A stretch of 33,381 nt of DNA, from NCBI GenBank assembly GCA_034432835.1, contig DAOUBE010000239.1:1-33381 (forward strand), read 5' to 3'. Both the position numbers and the translations under genes were made by a program. Numbering within the stretch: position 1 is the stretch's first letter; each line of letters opens with the position of its first letter. This stretch comes from Dehalococcoidia bacterium (lineage in GTDB: Bacteria > Chloroflexota > Dehalococcoidia > Lucifugimonadales > DAOUBE01). This document shows positions 9,691 through 16,240 of the stretch, piece by piece. The notes beneath the pieces are model-generated. The model was not told where the DNA came from. It worked only from the letters and a program-made list of their open reading frames with translations, and ran no database searches.

Positions 9691-9768
9691 CCTGTCCCCC
9701 AGGTCAGTGACTTCCCAGGCATTATAGCATCCCCCAGCCACCGCCCTTTTCCAGCGCAGCCCCTCTCC

Positions 9769-9797
9769 TTGACACCTCTCCCACGCTCCCTTACCAT
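9769..9797 (+). promoter_or_regulatory. Sigma70-like promoter for lysA-holB
   Basis: TTGACA at 9769-9774, an exact 17-nt spacer and TACCAT at 9792-9797. It lies 63 nt upstream of the lysA ATG. Confidence 0.5.
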
Positions 9798-9860
9798 CAG
9801 AAGGCCTCACTCGCCGGTGGGGACTATTTCATGAGCGCTTTGGCGCCAGCGAAGGTGTAG

Positions 9861-11168
9861 ATGTTCCCCAAACATGTCTTCCCTGACACTGCCCAGGTGA
9901 ACCGACACGGGCACCTGTCCATAGGTGGCTGCGACGTAGTGGACCTGGCCTTTGAGTACGGCACGCCCCTCTATGTCTTCGACGAGGTGACCCTCCGGGC
10001 ACGCTGTCAGTCCTTCGTCAGGGAGTTCTCCAACCGCTACCCCAGCACCACCGTCCTGTACGCCAGCAAGGCCTTCATGAACAAAGCCCTGGTGCGCCTG
10101 TTCATGGAGGAGGGCCTGGGGCTGGACGTGGTTTCGGGCGGGGAGTTGGCCCTGGCCCAGGCGGTGGGCTTCCCCAGGGAGCGGGTGTACTTCCACGGCA
10201 ATAACAAGACCCGCCAGGAGCTAGAGGAGGCCCTGGACTGGGGCATAGGTCGCATTGTGGTGGACAGCTTCCACGAGCTGCGCCTGCTGAACCTGGTGGC
10301 CCGCAGCAAGGGGGTGACCCAGGACATCCTCATCCGGGTCTCCCCAGAGGTTGACCCTCACACCCACGTCCACACCACCACAGGTATCCTGGACAGCAAG
10401 TTCGGTTTCCCCATGGGCACCGGCGATGCCAAACAAGCCGTCCTGGACGCCCTGGAGGCCTCCAACCTTCGTCTGGTGGGCATCCACTTCCATCTGGGCT
10501 CACCCATCTTCGAGCTGGAGCCTTACGTCACTGCCATCGAGAAGGTGCTAGCCTTCGCCTCTCGCTTCAAGGAGGAGGGGCTGGAGCTGCGGGAGTTCAG
10601 TCCGGGTGGCGGCTTCGCCATCGCCTACCTGCGCAGCCAGAGCCCACCCACCATCGCCCAATACGCCGGTACCATCACAGGGGCCCTGCTGGAAGGCTGT
10701 GAGACCTACGGTCTGGAGCATCCCAGGCTCCTCATAGAGCCGGGCAGGGCCATCGTGGGCCCCGCTGCCGTCGCCGTTTACCACGTGGGCGCCATCAAGA
10801 ACATACCCGGCGTACGCAAGTACGTCTCCGTCAACGGAGGCATGGGTGACAACATTCGGCCCGCCCTCTACGACGCCAAGTACGAGGCGGTGGTAGCCAA
10901 CCGCATGGACGTCCAGCCGTCGGAGACAGTGACCATCGCCGGCAAGTACTGTGAGTCGGGCGACGTCCTGGTGCGGGACGTGGCCCTGCCGCCCGTGGAG
11001 AGCGGTGACATCATCGCCATACCTGCAGCCGGCGCCTACTCTCCATCTATGGCCAGCAACTACAACCTGAACCCCCTGCCAGCCATAGTCCTGGTAAAAG
11101 ACGGCAAGGCCCGGCTGATACGTCGAAGGCAGACCTACCAGGATATGATGAGCCTGGACGTCGAGTGA
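9861..11168 (+). CDS. lysA: Diaminopimelate decarboxylase
   Basis: 435 aa. Orn/DAP/Arg decarboxylase fold with 'YASKAF' (PLP lysine), 'HFHLGS', 'GGGF', 'GKYCESGD' and 'AGAY'. Confidence 0.9.
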   Translation: MFPKHVFPDTAQVNRHGHLSIGGCDVVDLAFEYGTPLYVFDEVTLRARCQSFVREFSNRYPSTTVLYASKAFMNKALVRLFMEEGLGLDVVSGGELALAQAVGFPRERVYFHGNNKTRQELEEALDWGIGRIVVDSFHELRLLNLVARSKGVTQDILIRVSPEVDPHTHVHTTTGILDSKFGFPMGTGDAKQAVLDALEASNLRLVGIHFHLGSPIFELEPYVTAIEKVLAFASRFKEEGLELREFSPGGGFAIAYLRSQSPPTIAQYAGTITGALLEGCETYGLEHPRLLIEPGRAIVGPAAVAVYHVGAIKNIPGVRKYVSVNGGMGDNIRPALYDAKYEAVVANRMDVQPSETVTIAGKYCESGDVLVRDVALPPVESGDIIAIPAAGAYSPSMASNYNLNPLPAIVLVKDGKARLIRRRQTYQDMMSLDVE

Positions 11169-11174
11169 CCGCCC

Positions 11175-12197
11175 GTGTGGGATGTTCCCGGACAGGAGGC
11201 CCTGGTCAAGCAGCTTGACCGGGCCCTGCGAGAAGGCCGCATACCTCATGCCTACCTGCTGGTGGGGCCGCCCCAGGTGGGTCAGACTACCCTGGCCCAA
11301 AACATAGCCCAGGCGGTGAACTGCCTCGCGGAGAAGGACAGACCCTGCCACCAGTGCAACCAGTGCCGCCGCATCGCCGCGGGCAAGCACGCCGACGTCA
11401 CCGTCATCGCCCTGGGCAATAAGGACGGGGAAGGCCCACGGAAGGAGATCAGCATCCAGGAGGTACGGCAGCTCCAGCAGCAGGCCAGCCTGATGCCTTA
11501 CGAGGGCCGCTGGCGGGTGTTCATCATTGACGGGGCGGAACGGATGAGCGAGGAGGCGGCCAACGCCCTGCTGAAGACCCTGGAGGAGCCACCACCCCAG
11601 GTGCTCTTCCTGCTCCTTACCGCCCAGGAGGAGGCGGTTCTCCCTACGGTGCGTTCCCGTTGCCAGCGCCTAGAGCTCCGTCCCGTCCCCCACAGCCTGC
11701 TGGTGGAGACCCTGGTGAAGGAGCGCTCTCTGGACCCTGCCCAGGCTGACCGCCTGGCCCGGTTGGCCCAGGGGCGGCCCGGCTGGGCCCTGGCCGCCGC
11801 CGGGAGCCCAGACCTTCTGGCCCAGCGCGCCGCCGACCTGGAGGGGCTGCTGGCCCTGCACAATGCCAGCCTGGAGCAGCGCTTCAGCTATGCCGCCGAA
11901 CTGGCATCGGCCTTCTCCAAGGACCGAGAGTCAGCAAAGGAACGGCTCCAGCTATGGCTCCAGTGGTGGCGAGACGTGCTCTTGGTGGCCCAGGGAGCTG
12001 GGGCCTACGTGCACAATGCCGACAGGATGGAAGACCTGAAGGCCCACGCCTCCCGGTACAGCACAGCTCAGGCGGCGGCCTTTGCCCATGAGCTACTGGC
12101 CACCCTGGAGGCCCTGGACGCCAACGCCAGCCCTCTGCTGGCCCTGGAAGTCCTGATGCTCAACCTGCCCCGGGGCAAAGATGGCCGGGCCAGCTAG
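11175..12197 (+). CDS. holB: DNA polymerase III subunit delta-prime
   Basis: 340 aa. 'HAYLLVGPPQVGQTTLA' degenerate Walker A, zinc module 'CxxCxxC' ('CHQCNQCRR'), 'NALLKTLEEPP' and 'LPTVRSRCQ'. The GTG start lies 6 nt after the lysA stop. Confidence 0.8.
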   Translation: MWDVPGQEALVKQLDRALREGRIPHAYLLVGPPQVGQTTLAQNIAQAVNCLAEKDRPCHQCNQCRRIAAGKHADVTVIALGNKDGEGPRKEISIQEVRQLQQQASLMPYEGRWRVFIIDGAERMSEEAANALLKTLEEPPPQVLFLLLTAQEEAVLPTVRSRCQRLELRPVPHSLLVETLVKERSLDPAQADRLARLAQGRPGWALAAAGSPDLLAQRAADLEGLLALHNASLEQRFSYAAELASAFSKDRESAKERLQLWLQWWRDVLLVAQGAGAYVHNADRMEDLKAHASRYSTAQAAAFAHELLATLEALDANASPLLALEVLMLNLPRGKDGRAS

Positions 12198-12220
12198 CTC
12201 TCTTCTGCGACACCCTCGCC

Positions 12221-12670
12221 CTAGGTAACCCTGGCAACCTCCTCCGAGCTGTAAGTCTTAACTTCCATGGAGGCCTTCTTCTGTACGTCCTTGGCGACGC
12301 TCTTCTTCATGAGGCCCGCCAGCCCTTTGCGCTCGGGGCTGTACATGGCGATGAGGTCCGCACCCTCCAGCCGGGCGAATTCCGCGATACCATCGGCCAC
12401 CGACTCGGCCACTATGGCCTCGCATCTCCACTTGAGGGGGTCCCCTTCAAACCGCCGCAGCACGTCCCGGAGATAGACCAGAGCCCGGGTCTTCTCCGTC
12501 TCCTCTAGCTGGCTGCCCAGGGCACTCTCCATCAGCGACCGGTCCTTTACCGGCTGGATCACCTGGAGTAGGACTATCTGAGTATCTGGCCCTAACTCCT
12601 GTTGGACCAGGGGGAGCACCCCCTCAGCCTCCTTTGAGCCATCCAGTGGTATGATCACTTTCTGGTACAC
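12221..12670 (-). CDS. Universal stress protein (UspA family)
   Basis: 149 aa. It opens with 'KVIIPLDGS', typical of USPs, and has the family's acidic/alpha-beta pattern. GTG start with a GGAGGTG SD. Confidence 0.85.
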   Translation of the reverse strand: MYQKVIIPLDGSKEAEGVLPLVQQELGPDTQIVLLQVIQPVKDRSLMESALGSQLEETEKTRALVYLRDVLRRFEGDPLKWRCEAIVAESVADGIAEFARLEGADLIAMYSPERKGLAGLMKKSVAKDVQKKASMEVKTYSSEEVARVT

Positions 12671-12826
12671 GCCCCACCTCCTAGATTATCGCTGTGCCTC
12701 CTGCCGCCACCCTCAAGCTTTACTGGCAAGCTGATGGTCAAGAGCATCTCCCCACCTCTCTTAGCCTTATAAACCGGCAAAGTAGCGGCCCCCACCCATG
12801 GCTCCAGTCCATACCAGGGCCGTGGG

Positions 12827-12877
12827 AAAAACATACTGCCGGTGTCACCGTGAGCGTCGGACGACACCGGCAGTGTG
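12827..12877 (-). terminator. Strong intrinsic terminator or attenuator inside the usp leader
   Basis: On the minus strand, ACTGCCGGTGTC and GACACCGGCAGT form a perfect 12-bp stem (plus-strand 12835-12846 and 12863-12874). Two further outer pairs are possible, and TTTTT follows (plus-strand AAAAA at 12827-12831). Confidence 0.6.
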
Positions 12878-13031
12878 TGCTCATGAGTCCCATCCTCCCC
12901 TATAACCACCCCGATACTACCCCTCAGCACCAGCCTCCTTAGGCCCGCGGACGACCAGCCCGCCGTTCTATAAGGTCAGCTTGGGGACCGTCTCGCCGCT
13001 GGCATACCTTCCCTGAAGGGGATGATAGAAC

Positions 13032-13060
13032 ATGATACATATGAATTACGTGTCGGTCAA
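13032..13060 (-). promoter_or_regulatory. Sigma70-like promoter driving the usp leader
   Basis: On the minus strand, TTGACC (13060-13055), an exact 17-nt spacer and TATCAT (13037-13032). It sits in the only AT-rich patch of the window. Confidence 0.5.
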
Positions 13061-13250
13061 TATCAATGGGATAGCAACAAGGTTTTCCGTTACAACGTCC
13101 AGCAGCGTAACGTGCATAACTTCTGTAACAAAGGGAACACATGGCAAGTTTTCGTCTATAGCTTTGCGATATGCGTTATGGCAATTGGGCAACGCAGTGT
13201 AGCAGCGCCAGGGGAGACACCAATGGGGTCAGAAAGTGGCGTGCGGAGGT

Positions 13251-13330
13251 GACAAAAAAGCCGAGCCGATCCATTGCTGGACCGTCTCGATCCTACCCCG
13301 CCGGGGGTTGCCCGCCCCGGCTCGGCTTTG
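13251..13330 (-). terminator. Long bipartite hairpin plus U6 terminator
   Basis: On the minus strand, AAAGCCGAGCCG (13329-13318) pairs with CGGCTCGGCTTT (13268-13257) around an insert of about 50 nt. The TTTTTT run follows directly (plus-strand A-run at 13254-13259). Confidence 0.5.
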
Positions 13331-13440
13331 CCGCCGGTGCTCCCTCAGGAGCAACCTGGTCGGGTATCGGGCGGGTCTGCCCGGCGAGGTGCCCGGCGGG
13401 TAACCACCGCCGGGTCTCACAACCTTTATCCTATCCAACT
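13251..13440 (-). ncRNA. Candidate stand-alone structured RNA of about 190 nt, bounded by a promoter and a terminator; class unknown
   Basis: It is bounded by the extended -10 promoter at 13443-13451 and the U6 terminator. It contains a perfect 8-bp hairpin CCCGGCGG/CCGCCGGG (13392-13414) and GCTCC-TGAG-GGAGC. The only ORF through it is R/P/G-rich. Confidence 0.35.
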
Positions 13441-13442
13441 AT

Positions 13443-13464
13443 ATTATACCACATGTGCTGTCAA
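13443..13464 (-). promoter_or_regulatory. Extended -10 promoter (TGGTATAAT) with an adjacent TTGACA
   Basis: On the minus strand, TGGTATAAT is at 13451-13443 and TTGACA at 13464-13459. Only 10 nt separate them, so they cannot be one canonical promoter. TTGACA could instead pair with the weak TAGTTG (13441-13436). Confidence 0.45.
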
Positions 13465-13469
13465 GCACC

Positions 13470-13982
13470 ACTGCCGACCACCCCTGGGGGTACCGTTTGC
13501 TTGGCCTTGGTATCCTGTTGGAGCGCTGTTTACTCCAGGTGGGTGTACCCCTCTGGCCCTCGCCCTGGGCCTGGGGATGAAGGGCCTTCCTGAGGAAGCG
13601 TAGCGCCCAAAGGACCTGGTGGGGAGGTGGCCCCCCACCCGAATCCTCGCCTCCGGCTCAGAATGACCCTTAATCCCCACCCCCCTCAGATTCCCCCTTC
13701 TGAGGGGTACGGAGGCATGGTAGCACCCAGGTCAAGCAAACAGGACCCCCGGGCTGACAGCGGGTTGACCCCACGGAGGACCACGAGTGCCAGGGGCAGT
13801 CCAGGGTGAGGCCAGGGGTGCAGGGGACTCTGTCCCCTGCAAGGGGTGCCAAGGGACAAGGGCTCGCCCTTGACTCACACTTCCCTGAGGTGGTCAGTGA
13901 GGTTATGTGACCAGCGAAGGTGAAGAGTGGGTGCAGGGTGAACCCTGCCAGGGCGCCCTGCCAGGGGGCAGTACCCGTGTTT
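13470..13982 (-). other. Hairpin-dense, ORF-free GC-rich tract directly downstream of rtcA (structured 3' region or REP-like array)
   Basis: Perfect or near-perfect hairpins at 13618-13639, 13682-13707, 13820-13840 (9-bp stem) and 13857-13872. CCAGGG recurs at 13790, 13801 and 13812 with an 11-nt period, plus further copies. No credible ORF is present. Confidence 0.3.
13928..13967. repeat. Copy A of a roughly 40-nt stop-codon-proximal repeat (alternating CAGGG/CCCTG arms)
   Basis: The sequence is tgggtgcagggtgaaccctgccagggcgccctgccagggg. Aligned by eye with 29678-29717, it shares 37 identical positions over 42 columns. It lies 15 nt from the rtcA stop. Confidence 0.6.
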
Positions 13983-15092
13983 CTAGCCCACGGCCTGCGT
14001 TGCCCCACCTGTCCCAGCACCCCGCCGGTAACCCACCCCCTCCACCACCAGCTCCAGCCCCCGAAGGGCCACCCGCGCGCCCAGGAACTCCTGGGCCAGC
14101 CAGGCGGCGGTCTGGACGTGGTCCGTCACCTGGGGGATTCGAAAGCGGCTCTCCCCTGCGGCCAGGGCCGCGAAAGGGATGATCTGGTCGGCGGCGTAGC
14201 GGTCCAGCGTCGCCCCGGACCTCAGGTCCTCCACCAGAGCCTGGGCAACCTGCCGCCCAATACTCTCGGAGCGTCGTCCGGGAGCACCTGCCCGGTCCGC
14301 CCCCAAACGGACGCCCCCCTCCAGGTCGGCGAAGAGGGCCAGGGCCGCCCCGGCCTGCACAGCCGTGGAGTCCTCCACCTCCCGAATCTGGGCAGGCCCA
14401 TACCCTTCCCGCGCCAACACCTCCTGGGCCGCCTCGGCCATGCGGTGGGCCACCTGCCTCTGGGCCAGGTGCGACGCCAGGGCCACGCCCCACAGACGCT
14501 CCAGCCTGCCGGGCCTGTCCAGCACCAGGGGCTGGAGGGTCCGCCGCGCTGGCCTGGTCGTCAGGCGCAGCACACCACCTCCCGCGGGCACGTAGCCTGG
14601 CCGTGCCATGGAAACCTCCGCCTCCACGCCCATGCGCCGGAGCAGGGGTATCATCACGCTCTCCAGGTGGAAGAAAGAAGGGGCGAAGTCCTGGAAGATG
14701 CCGCCCCGAATCTCCACCTGCACCGGCCTGGGCCGGAAGGCCAGCACAGGCAGCACCGCCAGGGCCAGCATGGTCGTCGAGCCCCCGGAGCCGATGTCCC
14801 ATAGGTATTGCTCCTGGCCTATGCCTAGCCCTGGGGAGAAAAGCAGCTCCAGGGAGCCTTGGTGCACACCCGAGGTGGTGCCATCCACCAACTGACGGAT
14901 GGCCTCCACCACCTGCACGTGCTGCCGCCTCAAGCCAGGGTTGGGGCGCCGCACCCTGGCGTTGACCACATGCACCGGCCTGCCGGTGAGGGCCGAAAAG
15001 GCCACCGCCAGCCGGACGATGGTGCCGCTGCCCGAGTACCTGGAGCCGTCCACCTCCACGGGCGGGACGCCTTCCTTCCCGCCTGGTGCCAT
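13983..15092 (-). CDS. rtcA: RNA 3'-terminal phosphate cyclase
   Basis: 'GSGTIVRLAVAFSALTGRPVHVVNARVRRPNPGLRRQHVQVVEAI' matches the RtcA N-terminal signature. 'YAADQIIPFAALA' and 'TDHVQT' (candidate nucleophile His) are present. I chose the ATG at 15092, which has GGAGGG 7 nt upstream; the ORF track extends to 15182. Confidence 0.85.
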   Translation of the reverse strand: MAPGGKEGVPPVEVDGSRYSGSGTIVRLAVAFSALTGRPVHVVNARVRRPNPGLRRQHVQVVEAIRQLVDGTTSGVHQGSLELLFSPGLGIGQEQYLWDIGSGGSTTMLALAVLPVLAFRPRPVQVEIRGGIFQDFAPSFFHLESVMIPLLRRMGVEAEVSMARPGYVPAGGGVLRLTTRPARRTLQPLVLDRPGRLERLWGVALASHLAQRQVAHRMAEAAQEVLAREGYGPAQIREVEDSTAVQAGAALALFADLEGGVRLGADRAGAPGRRSESIGRQVAQALVEDLRSGATLDRYAADQIIPFAALAAGESRFRIPQVTDHVQTAAWLAQEFLGARVALRGLELVVEGVGYRRGAGTGGATQAVG

Positions 15093-15112
15093 TTCGGGCC
15101 CTCCGGGTACGC

Positions 15113-15337
15113 CTATCGGTACTCCTCCTCTTCCTCCAGTTGCCTCAACTGAAAGAGCACGTCGTCGTAGGCTGTGGTCCACTCCTCATTGTTGTCCACG
15201 GCAGCCTTGCACTCATAGCATACCAGGCCCAGGTACTGGGCCGGCCGGCGCTGGCACATCTGGCAGACTCCCTCGGTGTACTCCAACCCGTCTTCCTCCT
15301 GACAAGCTGTGGGGCGGCGCCACGGCCCAAGGCCCAA
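15113..15337 (-). CDS. Small zinc-ribbon protein with acidic tail (start uncertain)
   Basis: 'CQMC-x13-CYEC' forms a four-Cys knuckle pair, followed by the C-terminal 'LEEEEEYR'. It ends 20 nt before the rtcA start. A TTG at 15286, preceded by AGGAGG, is an alternative start giving 57 aa. Confidence 0.45.
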   Translation of the reverse strand: MGLGPWRRPTACQEEDGLEYTEGVCQMCQRRPAQYLGLVCYECKAAVDNNEEWTTAYDDVLFQLRQLEEEEEYR

Positions 15338-15452
15338 CTCAAGGTCACCCCGCGCTGAGGACGTTCAGGGGCTGGCCGGGCCGCATGTCCTTCGTCCTCT
15401 CCTGGCGCCCATGCCTCTGGCTGCGCAGCACCTTGCGCAGCCCCACCTGCTA

Positions 15453-15806
15453 CTAACGTTCCTGGGACCCCGTGTGCCTGAAGAACTCCGGTGCCCGGGT
15501 GTTGGTACTGCTGGTATCCCCAAGGATCATACGGACGCCCCGCCTGGCGTGGCCGCACTTCCACGCCCCTTTCTCCTTCTCGTAGGTCGTGGCCAAGGCA
15601 AACCCCACGGTCTCCCCGTCCTCGGCCACCACACCCAGCTCTGGGTCCTGGTTGAGAGTGGTGGTCACCTCGTAGGCGTCCCGAGTCTGGTGGAGGATGG
15701 TGAACTGGGGCCTGAGGGACAGCCCGTTCCCCAGGCGGTACACCGCCGGGTCATCCCCTGTCTCGATCCGTGTATCGACACCAGGGTTGGGCCCTTCCGC
15801 CGACAT
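15453..15806 (-). CDS. Hypothetical protein, no family recognised
   Basis: 117 aa counted from the ATG at 15806, which avoids overlap with the GYD gene. The composition is protein-like (D/E/K/T/Y), unlike the overlapping frames. There is no clear RBS. Confidence 0.45.
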   Translation of the reverse strand: MSAEGPNPGVDTRIETGDDPAVYRLGNGLSLRPQFTILHQTRDAYEVTTTLNQDPELGVVAEDGETVGFALATTYEKEKGAWKCGHARRGVRMILGDTSSTNTRAPEFFRHTGSQER

Positions 15807-15844
15807 GCCCCGCTGCAAGGCGGCACCTGGCCCTGACGTCGCCG

Positions 15845-16150
15845 CTAGGCTCGCCGCATATGGGTGGCCATCTCCAGGAACCGCTCCCACGGTGTGGCCA
15901 CCCATGTCTCCGTGGTAGCGTGGCCGAAGGACCGGACCAGGAGGGCGACCTTGGTGGCCTCGTCGGTGTTAGGGGCTTCGAAGATGTCCAGGTAGTCGTA
16001 GGGCCCCAGGACAGCGTAGTTGGCCAGCCACTTTACCTGGGGGCACTCCTGTTTGATACGGCTCTCCACCTTCCTGTTTAGCTCCTCCACCAGGCCTGGC
16101 TCCCGGACCGCCTCCGGGGACAGCCTGGTGAGCAACACAAAGGTTGTCAT
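15845..16150 (-). CDS. GYD domain-containing protein
   Basis: 101 aa. The pattern 'TFVLLTRLSPE...LGPYDYLDIFEAPN.E.A.K' is typical of the GYD family. GGGAGG RBS upstream. Confidence 0.8.
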   Translation of the reverse strand: MTTFVLLTRLSPEAVREPGLVEELNRKVESRIKQECPQVKWLANYAVLGPYDYLDIFEAPNTDEATKVALLVRSFGHATTETWVATPWERFLEMATHMRRA

Positions 16151-16240
16151 GACCCGCCTCCCTTTTCTCAGATTCTGCCACCCTCCCAGGCAAGGTAGGG
16201 GCTGTTCCCGGTCTCCAGAGAGGGGCCAGCCCTGCCCAGC

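Noticed and set aside
12738-12884. A 48-codon Cys-rich micro-ORF ('MSTHCRCRPTLTVTPAVCF...') with GGAGGA 8 nt upstream, considered as a possible leader peptide or RiPP precursor.
   Set aside because: It is translated straight through the 12-bp terminator hairpin. It has no neighbouring maturation genes and no support beyond the SD-like purine run. I therefore treat it as part of the RNA leader unless ribosome profiling says otherwise.
13337-13360. On the minus strand, 'ACCAGGTTGCTCC-TGAG-GGAGCACC' resembles SRP RNA helix 8 ('ACCAGGUCAGGUCC-GGAA-GGAAGCAGCC').
   Set aside because: The loop is not GNRA, the symmetric and asymmetric loop residues do not line up, and the flanks do not form the long closing helix of 4.5S or SRP RNA.
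13614-13665. On the minus strand, '...GGTGGGGGGCCACCTCCCCACCA' looks like a tRNA or tmRNA acceptor end with CCA.
   Set aside because: The adjacent hairpin has a 4-nt loop rather than a 7-nt T-loop, and no GGTTCGAATCC-type motif is present. There is no matching 5' acceptor strand and no tag-peptide reading frame ending in ..AA-stop nearby.
13820-13840. The GGGGAC-TCT-GTCCCC palindrome, considered as a DosR-box-like operator (GGGAC..GTCCC half-sites).
   Set aside because: The central spacing differs from the DosR consensus as I remember it. It lies downstream of rtcA rather than upstream of a stress gene, and I found no similar palindrome upstream of hsp20, usp or the tandem USP. It is more simply one of the many hairpins in this tract.
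13780-13960. Fragments reminiscent of RNase P RNA ('GGGGTGCCAAGGGAC', 'GGTGAAGAGTGGGTGCAGGGTGAACCC').
   Set aside because: The universally conserved P4 strands (GAGGAAAGTCCGGGC and ACAGAAnCCGGCTTA) are absent on both strands.
12655-14020. ORF-track entries inside the non-coding island: 12655..12930, 12939..13142, 13022..13252, 13229..13438, 13274..13603, 13444..13680, 13627..13809 and 13670..14020.
   Set aside because: They mutually overlap and are R/P/G/C-rich or otherwise atypical in composition. None has a properly spaced SD, and they run through promoter and terminator elements. None resembles a family I know.
13903-15456. ORFs 13903..14802(-), 13920..14804(+), 14603..14965(+) and 14899..15456(+), which overlap rtcA.
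   Set aside because: They are alternate frames of the rtcA locus. Only the 13983..15092 frame carries the RNA-cyclase signatures, and the others are Pro/Gly/Arg-rich.
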